Shown piece after piece: positions 14,601 through 24,959 of a stretch of DNA of 64,000 bases (position 1 is its first letter; the number at the start of each line of letters is the position of its first letter). This DNA is from Antechinus flavipes. Its lineage: Eukaryota. Under the pieces are notes generated by a model. The model saw only the letters and a list, made by a program, of their open reading frames with translations. It was not told the DNA's origin and did not search any database. The stretch lies in NCBI RefSeq assembly GCF_016432865.1, contig NC_067401.1, positions 321,842,001 to 321,906,000 on the forward strand, written 5' to 3'. The translations under genes were made by a program, and so were the position numbers.

Positions 14601-14950
14601 CAGGTATTCTTAGAAATAGTGAGCTCAGCTCATAAGATCGGGGCAGAGGTGAGTGGAAAAGACTAAATACGAATCCCAGGGCGAAGAAAGGTTGGTGTAG
14701 GGCAAAAGCTCCTCTCAACTTCAGGACCCTAGAGTGGTCCGGGAAGAGAGGAAAAGGAGGCTCTCTCACACACATTCGCAGCGAAGCCACATTCAGTATG
14801 TTAACACCCTACTGGGCACTCTCTCAGTACAGCGATAGCGACAAGAGGGGAGCGCTCAAGTCAAGAAAAAAAGTGGGGGAGGGGAGGGGAGGGCAGAACA
14901 CGCATACAAGAAGGTAGAAGAGCTTCAGGAAGTGCACTCATCTCGCCTAC

Positions 14951-15431
14951 CTGCATTGTAGAAACGATCCAAAACCGCGGTTTCCCCGAAGTCCAGTTTG
15001 CCAAAATGTAGGGTCTCCAGCGCAGCGCCCACCGTCTCGCAAGCCTCCCGCAGGCACTGCAGGGCCTCGCTCTCAGCTACCACCAGCTGCCCCTGGCTGG
15101 CTTCGTTAATCACGTATGCCACCGTGGTTCTCCGACTGTCACCGCCAGCGCCAGTCGAGTTGCCCCGACTTCGGGGGGCGCTCGGAGCCCCGCTCGCAAC
15201 AGTAGCGGCCGAGATGCCCCCAGTGCAGGTGACAGAGGCGCCACTGCCTTCTACATTCCAGAAGCTACCGGCGGGTGGAGGCGGTGGTGGGAACTGACTC
15301 CCCTCGCCTGGAGCAGCTGCTGCAGCCGCTCCGCCCCTTCGGCTGCAGCCGCCCTCCGGGAAGGTGCAAAAACCCGGGGGGCTAAACGGGGGAACGGGGA
15401 AAGTGATGCCCTCGCTATCTTCTGCGCTCAT
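14951..15431 (-). CDS. MAP3K5: Mitogen-activated protein kinase kinase kinase 5 (ASK1), coding part of exon 1 (160 codons plus 1 nt, phase 1)
   Basis: Translation MSAEDSEGITFPVPPFSPPGFCTFPEGG...RRTTVAYVINEASQGQLVVAESEALQCLREACETVGAALETLHFGKLDFGETAVLDRFYNA matches the ASK1 N-terminus. ATG at 15431; GCAG|GTAGGC donor at the expected YNA|D position. Confidence 0.97.
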
Positions 15432-15526
15432 CTCTTCCAGGGGCTCTGCGGCGGTCGCGGTGGGGTCCACCGCCCAGCCGCCCCGTCTCGCCAGCCACAG
15501 CTCGGGGCTGCTCCGCGCCCGCCGGG

Positions 15527-15541
15527 CTAGGCAGCTGCCAT
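15527..15541 (-). promoter_or_regulatory. Short uORF ATG GCA GCT GCC TAG (MAAA*) in MAP3K5 5' leader
   Basis: gagATGg context (G at -3 and +4), out of frame with the CDS, stop 95 nt before the main ATG. Assumes the TSS lies upstream of 15541. Confidence 0.7.
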
Positions 15542-16679
15542 CTCGCGCAGCACCCTCAGCGCCGCCACCTCCACCGCGGCGCCGCCTCTTCTCCGGAGCT
15601 CTTTCTCCCGGAGGGACGCCGCTAGCCGGCGGCGCGTCTCCCCTCCTGGGCGCCTCCGTGGTCGTGTTTCTCGCTCGCTGCAAGGCTCGGTGTAGAAGCG
15701 GTGTAGGAACAAGCTGTTAGGCGGCTGGGGGGAAAGCGCTTCCTCCTTGTCTAGGGCTGGCTGGGCTCTTAATAAAACCTGTGCCGCCAGACTGCCAAGC
15801 GGCGCTAAGCTCCGGAGACTCCGTGCGCCACTGACAGCATAACGCAACGCCAGCTGCTCTCGTGGCGTGCGCTCTCCTCTCCGCGGCGCGCTCTCTGGGG
15901 ACCGCGGGGGTTTCCTCAGTCTCAGGGAGAGCCACCTGGCCGATACCTTACCGGTGGGGGATCGCAGAGTGTTGTACACGCACACCAGAAGCCAACAGGA
16001 TACGCCTCCCTAGTCAACTGCAGCTTCCTCCTCCTCCCCTTCCCTCTTTTCTCTTCCGATCGCTGCGGTCGCCTAGTCTAAGCGTCGACCCACAGGGCTG
16101 GAGGCTAGCGATTTCATCCAGCCGCAAGTCCACTCAGCTAACTGCCTTCTTCCCGCCCCTTTGCTGGAGCTGGGAGAGTCTGGGGCCAGCCCCCGGGGGC
16201 GGGCACTGCTGGGAAGCCCTCCAGCGAGGTGAAAGCGACCGTGCTATCTCACTTGCTACCGGTCCTCAGTAGCTCCCCAGGTCCTTCTGCAGGACTGGTG
16301 CTCAGCAAAAGATTGTATGTTCCCTCGGTTTTCACCATACAGCTAGCTACCTATCTCGAAATAGGCTTAATATGCAAGCCCTCACTTACTTCAGAAAGCT
16401 GGGGGCTTGTACAAAGTCTCTTTTGCCATTACGAAAGTCGTTTTTCGCTACGGTTGCTGTAAGTTTGAGACGGTCTCCGCGGCCGTGGCGCCCTCGTCTG
16501 GCTCCTGTTTAGCTGTGCTCAATGGTTTAAGTTGTGACTGCCTGGCCTGAGAACAAGTAGGTTGCGCAAGCATGGACCCTGATTTCAAAGGGAGCTAAGC
16601 TACCAGGCGGCAGAGGGCCTTGGCTGGCTCCGAGGTTTGTAGCGTCTGAAAGAAATCGACCTGGGGATCTTTTCTACTC

Positions 16680-16830
16680 TTTTTTTTTTTTTTTTCTGAG
16701 GCAATTGGGGTTAAGTGATTTGCCCAGGATCACACAGCTAGGAAGTGTTAGGTGTCTGAGATCAAATTTGAACTCAGGTCCTCCTGCCTTGAGGGCTGGT
16801 GCTCTATCCACTGCGCCACCTAGCTGTCCC
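16680..16830 (-). mobile_element. WSINE1-type tRNA-derived SINE, full length with poly(A)
   Basis: Minus strand GGGACAGCTAGGTGGCGCAGTGGATAGAGCACCAGCCC...ACTTCCTAGCTGTGTGATCCTGGGCAAATCACTTAACCCCAATTGCCTCAG plus A16; imperfect TSD TTT(C)CTACTC. Confidence 0.9.
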
Positions 16831-17792
16831 TTTCCTACTCATTTTTGAAATGCCAATGGGAGAGTGAGGAAGAAGGGAATAAACTTTTATTAAGAGCCTA
16901 TTATGCATCAGACATTGTGCCAAGTGCTTTACAAATGATCCTTACAACAGCCCCTGCAAAATAAATGCTATTATTTCCTCCATTTTACAATTGAGGAAAC
17001 TGAGGCAGAGAGCGGTAAGTGACTTGGCCGGAATTGAACAACTAGTAAATGGTTAAATCTGAATTTGAATTCTGTTCTTCCTGACTTCAGGCCCAGAGCT
17101 CTAGCTGCCTCTAGGCAGACCCCTTTCCCTTTTCAAAATGTTTTTGGATAAATAAAAAGCATACAAGGAAATCATTTGTATTAAACTTATTAATGCATAC
17201 ACATATGCCTGTGTTGAATTTACAGGCTCCAGGTTAAAAACTGGATTAGATTAATTTTACAGTCCTTTTCAGTTTTTACATTCAATTGTTGCACTGTCTC
17301 TGTTCTATTTTCAATTAAAAACTGTGATTTTTACATAAAGGCCAGGTACCCTTTAGTCTGAAGATCTTCAGTTCCTCAAGGAATCCCTAAGAGATGGAAT
17401 AATCAGCCCTCAAGCTAAGACTCCTGTTGAGGAGTTAACTCTGATAGAGAAAAGAAAACATAGCTAATCCCCTCTTAGAACATTTATAATGCATCTACTG
17501 ACTCTGAGACAAGCATTGGAGGTTCACTTACCTAGTCCCCACCTGTGATTCAGTTTATCACAGAACCTAAAATCAGAGGTTCTGGGTTCAAATAACATCT
17601 CTGCTACTTATTACTACTATCTTTCTGATTTAGATTAAGTAGGATTAAGTACCTCATTAGTAAAATTGGAGGGGGATTATACTAATTAACTAATAAATTC
17701 CTTTGCTACATTTAGGTCCTGAGGAGTACCGTATGTCTTTCTAAAGCAATAACTCACAAGCCCCCACCATTGCTATTTTCCCCAGAACTATC

Positions 17793-18008
17793 AGTTTGTT
17801 CAGTTATTTTTCAGTTGCATCTATTCTTCAGTGATTCCCTTTGGAATTTTCTTGACAAGGATACTGGACTGTTTACCATTTTCCTTCTCTAGCTCATTTG
17901 ATAGATGAGTAAACTGAGGCACACAAAAGTAACTTTCCCCAGGTCACAGACCTAGTAAGTATATGAGGTCAGAAGACTCTGGAACTAGCACCTATCCACT
18001 GAGCCACC
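17793..18008 (-). mobile_element. MAR1-type SINE (decayed)
   Basis: Reverse complement of MAR1 tail/CORE/head motifs. Confidence 0.7.
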
Positions 18009-18054
18009 AATGAACATAAATAAATTAACCAAATCTTTACAAATGAGTATTGGG

Positions 18055-18247
18055 TAACTAAGTGTTTTAGTGTGCAAGCCTAGAATCAAAAAGACCTAGG
18101 TTCAAATTCTGCTTCAGACATTTACTAGTTCTGTGACCTTAGCCAAGTCCCTTAAACCTGTTTAAGAAAATGACAAACCATTCCAGTGGAAAAGCTCAAA
18201 TGGAGTCACAAAGTGTTGGAGACGATTGAAAGAGCTCAACAACAACA
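18055..18247 (+). mobile_element. MAR1-type SINE, internally deleted
   Basis: CORE head plus GGAGTCACAAAGTGTTGGAGACGATTGAA...CAACAACAACAA tail. Confidence 0.55.
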
Positions 18248-21200
18248 ATTTACGAAAGCCGAAAGAACAGTTGGTAAATATATATGTATACATATGTGTG
18301 TGCATGTAGACACATATGCATATATGTATTCTGTTGAAAGATCTGGGATAAACTCTTCTGCCAGTTTGGGAGAGAAAACTTTTAAAGCAAATCAAAGCTT
18401 CTGGTTATGGAACGTCTTTGTCTCTTGTCCCCTTTGTGGGAATGTTTATGAGGTTTCTATCCCATTAGACATGGAGTAATAATAGTTTTCTCCTGGATTC
18501 CTTGTAGTTTATGGCTAGTATGTCTGTAGGTCCTGATGCAGATTGCAGCCAGCTATAGCAAGAAGCCTGCTAGGATGTTCATGGGAAGTTCTAAGTCCTC
18601 TGGATCCTTCTTAGTTCTCAAGATCTTTCTTCAGCCAGAAGGGGTGGAAAGGAGGAGTCTGAGATTTGAACCTAAAGTTCTTCTCATGGATATGGCTAGA
18701 AGAGTAACAATTAAGCTTCTAGATGCTTCAGCACCTGAGTTCCAAATCTGGTTTATTGTATACAAAACCCACAGGGCATAAATAAATCTCTTCAACCAAT
18801 CTAAACTGGTTGAATTTAGCCATTCCATTTCATACCTTGAATTTCTAGGACTTCTAAACTGATTAAGGACTTTTCATATCTAGTGTAAAGCCTTTGATTG
18901 TTGGAGTCATTAAAGAATTGATAAGGCCTTTCTTCTCCACCCCTAGTTTAAACATCTCATTCAGTGGTTCAAAGACAGTTATATCATATGACAGACAAGG
19001 ATAGCAGCTTGTAACTTAAAGTGGGATGGAATAGCTTATCTGATTTAAGGCTTGACAGTTCAGCTCCAGGTAGGGCCTGAGGTCCCTCAACTCTGTGTTC
19101 AGCTGGATTCCAAATGTACTGACACTGAATGGGAGAGGGTACTAGACCCCTTTCCTACTAAAGAGCTAAGAACTCTATGAACCTTCAATCTGAAATTCAT
19201 AAATTCTGATAGCCTCCTGCCACAAAAAGCAAACATTCTAAGCATTCTTAAAGGTAAAATGACAAAATTATGAACAATTATGAGCTTGTATAGTACACTC
19301 TGGCCAAACTACTAGTCAACAATATTTGAGAAATGTAAAAGTCTATATAACTCCAAGGCTCACTACATATAATGGATATAATATTATAACAAATATTGGT
19401 GAGTAAACATTCAAACAAGCAAAAGTTATTTCTTAAAAACTGGCTGACTAAAGTATACCTACAGTTTAAAACAGAAGAGAAAAAAAAAATCCTGAAAGCT
19501 AGAGTATCCAATAGAAGAAGCCCTTGATGTAGAATCTTTCTGTTTCATTTTAGCATATATGAAAAGGTGCAAATTTTATCCTAGGTGAGACCCCACATAT
19601 ATCACAGATTGTGGGACAAATATCGCAATTATTAGCACTAACAAGTCAGGTTGCCAGAGTTCTACTCCTATGCTTCCCCTTGGGGATCTAAAGATAGTCC
19701 TGAGGGCTTGGGGATGGGGTTTAATTGTGAACTCCCATCAAATGCTACCCCTGCTCAAGATTATCAATTGATATCAGTTAGCCAGACTTAGATTTTAAAA
19801 AGGAGTATTTTACTAAGGTAGTATAATAATTGTTGAAATAAAGAATTCCCCCCAAAGATCTGCAATTTACTCCCACATATATCACACTCTAATTGAGTAC
19901 TTCAAGATATGTATTCACATATGGCAAAGGTATTAAAGTGGTTTAGCATCATGTTACTTTAAGTGGGGTAGGGTGATTTAATCAATTGCTTCATTCACCA
20001 CAACCACTACCACCCCACATCCTTACAGATACATTACCAAATACAGATAAACACAAGGAAAACCACACAGAAAAACAAAATCCAAATGCACTGCTTCGCA
20101 AATAACTCCTCTCTGTGTCTCTCTCTTCTTGACCCTCTATGAGCCTAGTGTGCTTATTTTTGAAGAGATCAGTGTAATCTTAAAGAATGGAAGATTTCCA
20201 GAAGAAGAGCAAGGCAAGTCCTGCAAAGCTGTTGGGATTCAAAGATACAATTATTATGCTAAAGTAATTTAGCAAGTACTTCTGGCTTGCAGTATAGAGA
20301 AAATGTTCTTGGATTAAGTCTCATTGCAGAACATGGATGGATGGAATTTCAAGAGGCAGAAAAGATAAAGAGAAACCGGGAGAGTACATTTATTGTTTCG
20401 TAAGATTTAGAGTAGAATCTCACAATAAGTTTAGAGACATGGTAGAACTTAAAATATATAAAGGGAAGTAGACTAGTTTGACTAGAAATTCATACTATGT
20501 GAAGTTAATATGTAACAATTGTAAAAGAGATTTTGTTAGCCTTTGGCATGAGTGTCATAGGGAGCCAGCCATCAGAATGTCTTTAGAGATCTGCCAGCCT
20601 CTGGCTGTGACTTGAAGATTTCTATTGTACTGCATTCTCTCAAATCTTTGGCTCCCAGCAGTTATTCCAATAGTCAGACCAAATCAAAATTATGAAGTGG
20701 GCAAAAAGTATTCTCTGAAACTTCTCACTTCCCCTTTCTCTATCCTTCTGCTTATATTTTTCTTGTACTTTCCTTCCTTTTTCTTCATTTCCACTGGGGT
20801 ATTCAGTATATTTGTTCTGCTTGTTGGCTTCCCAGAGCCCTCACTACATTGTCCTATGTATAATGGTTGTCAAGGATGCTGCCATTTGTTCCAACCCTAT
20901 TTTGTTTCATTACTCATCAAAAATTAAGCTAACTCATACAGTTCACAGTAAGGATGGAATTAATGACTTCAAATAGCTTCATGTGTCCAGATATACTCAA
21001 GATAGAGTATAGAAACTTAGAATATTAGACCAAAAATGATTTTAAAGAGCATCTATTCTAACTTCATTTTAGAGATGAGGAAATGAATGCTCACATAGAC
21101 TAAATAACTTGATATAGTAGAACTGAGACTAAAAGCCTAGTTCTTTAAATTCCCAGTCCAGTACTTTTGCTTCCATTAGTCGACATTTTCATTTGCATAT

Positions 21201-24125
21201 TTAAATAGACCTTTTCCACACAGCAGCAATACTTTATCATTACACATTGCTTTTAAAGTCAGCAATACTGAGTTCATATTCTGCCTCTGACACATAATGG
21301 CTCTGTGACTCTGGACAAATCATTTAAACCTCTCAGTGTTCCAAACAATTCTTTAAGACTATCCAACCTAGATGAGTTGTTAACCTTCATTAATGAAAGG
21401 AATTTCAATTTGAGTTTCCAACTCAAATGAACCCATAGGTCTGGATCAAAAATCTCAAGTTAAATTTTCCTTTCATAAAACTGGAGAACTACATTTCATA
21501 GACTTGAAACAAATTATGGGGAAAAGAATATGAGGGCAAATTGAATAATAAAGAAATTGCTTAATCTCTTTTAAAGGTTGACTAGCTATTCTCTGTCAGA
21601 GGTAAAGGGATATCCAAGGAGATAAGAAGAAGGCTTCACCTGCAGTGAAACATTATTGCATTCAATAGAATATAATATCAACAACATCAAATAATGCTTT
21701 GGGAGGTTTTTAATGCTTTACTGAATATTTATGCTAGCTATCTGAAAACTAACTAAACCCCTGTCCCTAAGAATTTCTGTTGTGAACTGATTTCTTGTAA
21801 GAGGCTTACTGTAGCTCAGTCTCTTGTCTTTTACAGATAGAGAACATTATTTTTAGCTTAGACTGAATTAGCCTACAATAAACACTCCTTGCCAGGCCCC
21901 TAACTATTTCATGGTTGTTAACCTCAGCAAGTTATTAATCTCATTTTTATATTTTAAGCAACTTGAACTTTCCAAAGCATTTTCTTAAACTCAACAAATA
22001 CTGTAATAACCATAAAGCTGAACACATTGATATAAGTTTCATGATATCCATCTGGTATAATTTTAATGGACAGAAAGAGAAAAGTCAGGAAAATATTTAG
22101 TAGCAGGGCAATGCTTAATCATTAAAAACTTGACTAGAAGCACTATAGATCTACTTTGTGTGCTTTATAGGACCTATTACCACATTATCTAGGTACTTAT
22201 TGCTTAAGGAGTGTGGGTGATCTGTGGGGGTTTTAAGTGGAACCCATTATTCTTGGTTCCCAAGATAGTCTGCAAACTGTCTAGAGAGCATACAGTCTCA
22301 ATTAATTGAGTGAGAGGAGAAATCAAAATATAGATAAAGGAGGAATACCTAGCATAACTAACCAGTTCTCTTAGGCTCAAACAAGACAGTGTCTATGTAG
22401 TATTCACCTCTTCTTGGTGACTGCAACTGGAAAGAAAGGTGTAACTATATAGTCCAAGACTGCTCTTATGGCTCCTTCTTCTATCCCCTTAGCTACTAGA
22501 GCCTTTCTTTCTAAGATTATTTTGTATATAATCTGTAGGTATCTTGTTCATATCAATTTATGTACATATTGTTTTCCCTCATTAATATGTTAATTCTTTG
22601 AGGACAATAAGAATTTTTGCCTTTATTTGTATCCTGAGCCCTTAGCTAATGGCTTAGGGAAAAAAATGCTTTATAAATTTTTTTTTATTGATGTTGTTTT
22701 TGTTATTTCATCCTATTGTGTCTGGAGATCTAAGCTCAAGGCAATGATTCATTGAGAAAGGCTGGTATGGCTATTTCTGGGACTTTGGGAGGGTTGGAGG
22801 ACAAATGTTTTGCTCATTTCCTCTCTTCTAGATCTGGATAATCCTTTTGGGGACAGGAGCAGAAGCTACATGAAATTAAGCAACAGTATAATCAATAACA
22901 TGGTATTACTATTAACTTCAAGCAGACGTGATTAATAGGAGTACATTACAACTATAGGCAACAGGCAAAATATATTAGTATTCAGTGGCATTCAGACTCC
23001 CAAAGTGTTGAAAAATCAATGAGATCACTGATCACTAGGTCAATCTGAAGCCAGGAAAATCCCAAGAGGGGAAAATACACACACATACATATATATGTAT
23101 ATATGTAACATATACTATGTTAAAATTGTATCTTGTTCTGGTCCTCTTGCCCACTAAGACCCTGTTTAGTCAGTGTAGTAAGTAATTTTATATATTGTAA
23201 AAGGGAACCTAGAAGTCACATGTAGACAATCCTAAAGATAAGAAGAACTTGGCTTGCAAACTATATCATATGATAACCAAAAATCACATCCTGATAATAT
23301 GTGCTAAATCAGGGAAAGCATCTAGACTTTGCTGTCAAGGCTTTTTGGTCTTATGATATGTGACTCTCAATTAAGTTCTAGACATTCACAATTCACAGTA
23401 AGATCAGCAGAACACCAAATATTAATGATAACTTTGAGATGACTATATATCTACACAATACACACACATACACATATGTTCTAAAGTTTTATTGACAACT
23501 TTGAGATGATATGTTAATGAACTAATCCCAAGAGTTATAGATAAATTAGTCTGTTTCTCACCCAAATCCTATAAAAATAAGACTCCAAAAACCTGACCCT
23601 TAGCCTTTTTCGATGCCCATCTCAGTCCATGCTGAAGGTTAAAAGTTTTCCTTACTCCAGACCAAACTCTTTGACCATTGGCTACCCTAGTCCATGATTA
23701 CATTAGTTATTCTCTTTACCTCTCTCTTTCTATCCTTTTTCCTAACACTGTCTGTCTTCCTTCACACCCTATCCCCAGCCTGACACCTTCTGCTTCTGAA
23801 TCCCTTTTACTGTATATCTCCATACTTTCTCTACTGTTTGTCCTTAAACTTTCTGTACCTTATTAAAATGTAATTACAACCTTAATTTATGGTGCCATTA
23901 TGTTCTTTCTGAGGAATACTAAAAAACAGGACGTGCCTGCTTAATTTCATAAATTAATTAGTAATTCACACACAAAAATACTCATATATACACAACACAC
24001 ATATGTGTACATATCCTCATGATTTTTATATGTACATACACACATGAATATGTATATATTTATAGAAAAAGAGACAGAGATAATCCACCAAAGAAGAGGA
24101 AAACATTTCAAAATGGAAGCAGGGA

Positions 24126-24391
24126 ATTGAATATGGTGGATGCCTATAGTCCCTGGTTCGTGAAAGCTAAAGCTGGTAATTCTTGACTTCTGAGATATAG
24201 TACAGCTAAAGCTGATTGAACCAATATGATGAGTCCATGGAAATGGATAACTACCAGGCTGCCTAAGAGGGAAGTGACCTGGCTCATATCAGAAAAATGG
24301 AGCAGATTAAAGCTTCAGTGCTTCAATATTTTGATTGAACATGAGTCACTGATACACTTACAGTCTGGAAGAGATAGGAAGATCTAGTTTT
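24126..24391 (+). pseudogene. 7SL (SRP) RNA-derived retrocopy, near full length, decayed
   Basis: TGCCTATAGTCCC (Alu domain), CAATATGATGAG...ACCAGGCTGCCTAAG...GGAGCAGATTAAAGCTTCAGTGCT (S domain) and CAGTCTGG...AGATCTAGTTTT (3' end) align co-linearly with 7SL RNA; A-rich sequence follows. Confidence 0.85.
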
Positions 24392-24959
24392 AAAGCAAGG
24401 AAAATGGGAATAGGGAGAAGAAAAAAAAAATTTTTTTTGGAAAATGAGGAAAAAAAAACCCACCACTACCAAAAAGGAGATAATCTTTAGCTCAATAACT
24501 TAGAATCTATTTTTTTTTAAAGACTTCCATAGTTATTCTAGGATAAGAATCCCCACAGTGATCATTGGAGAAAGATTCTCTTAGGCTACTTTCCTTTTTT
24601 AATAGAAGATTTAGTATTTTACTGTATGATCACATGCTTTTAATTATGTGAAATAAATACATCATGAATATAAGCTTGCCATTAGATAGGCTTTCTCATT
24701 CACAGGTCACTTGTGTGATTTCTATCTCAAAACATAGTTTTGATTCTGAAGAAGGGTGGGATAGATCTTTTTTCCTTTCAGAATTTAATCCACCAGTTTC
24801 TTTTCCCTAAACTCAAGGCATCTTCAAAGAGAAAAAAAAAAGATTAACTAGATTTCTCAGGCTACACTTATGTATAGTGTAATATGCCTTTGCTCATACA
24901 TTCCCATTCATGGTGTCTTAAAATAGAGAAAAATCAAAGATCCAAGTCTGTGTGAGATA

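Larger units (their letters stand above)
1..14950 (-). other. MAP3K5: Part of MAP3K5 intron 1 (exon 2 not seen in window)
   Basis: GT donor (GTAGGC) at 14950-14945 on the minus strand. No sequence encoding the next ASK1 residues (DIAVVEMSDAFRQ...) was recognised downstream. Confidence 0.85.
14900..16650. promoter_or_regulatory. CpG island / promoter of MAP3K5
   Basis: Abrupt GC- and CpG-rich block over exon 1 in an otherwise CpG-depleted AT-rich background. E2F-like TTCCCGCC at 16150-16157 (function not shown). Boundaries approximate. Confidence 0.9.

Noticed and set aside
14925-15683. 252-aa ORF in the track as a complete single-exon protein
   Set aside because: Its 'M' is a TTG. The ASK1 match ends at the GT donor at 14950 and the last residues are intron read-through.
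15768-15776. TATTAA/AATAAA element near the MAP3K5 5' end as a TATA box or poly(A) signal
   Set aside because: CpG-island promoter. The region appears to align with transcribed human leader lacking this motif (from memory), so it is probably inside the 5' UTR.
14998-16462. Overlapping plus- and minus-strand ORFs of 70-150 aa over the MAP3K5 CpG island
   Set aside because: Expected stop-poor frames in GC-rich DNA; low-complexity Ala/Pro/Arg/Gly content, mostly non-ATG starts, no recognisable domains
16680-16830. tRNA-like A/B-box sequences as tRNA genes
   Set aside because: They are SINE heads followed by CORE sequence and poly(A); no complete cloverleaf
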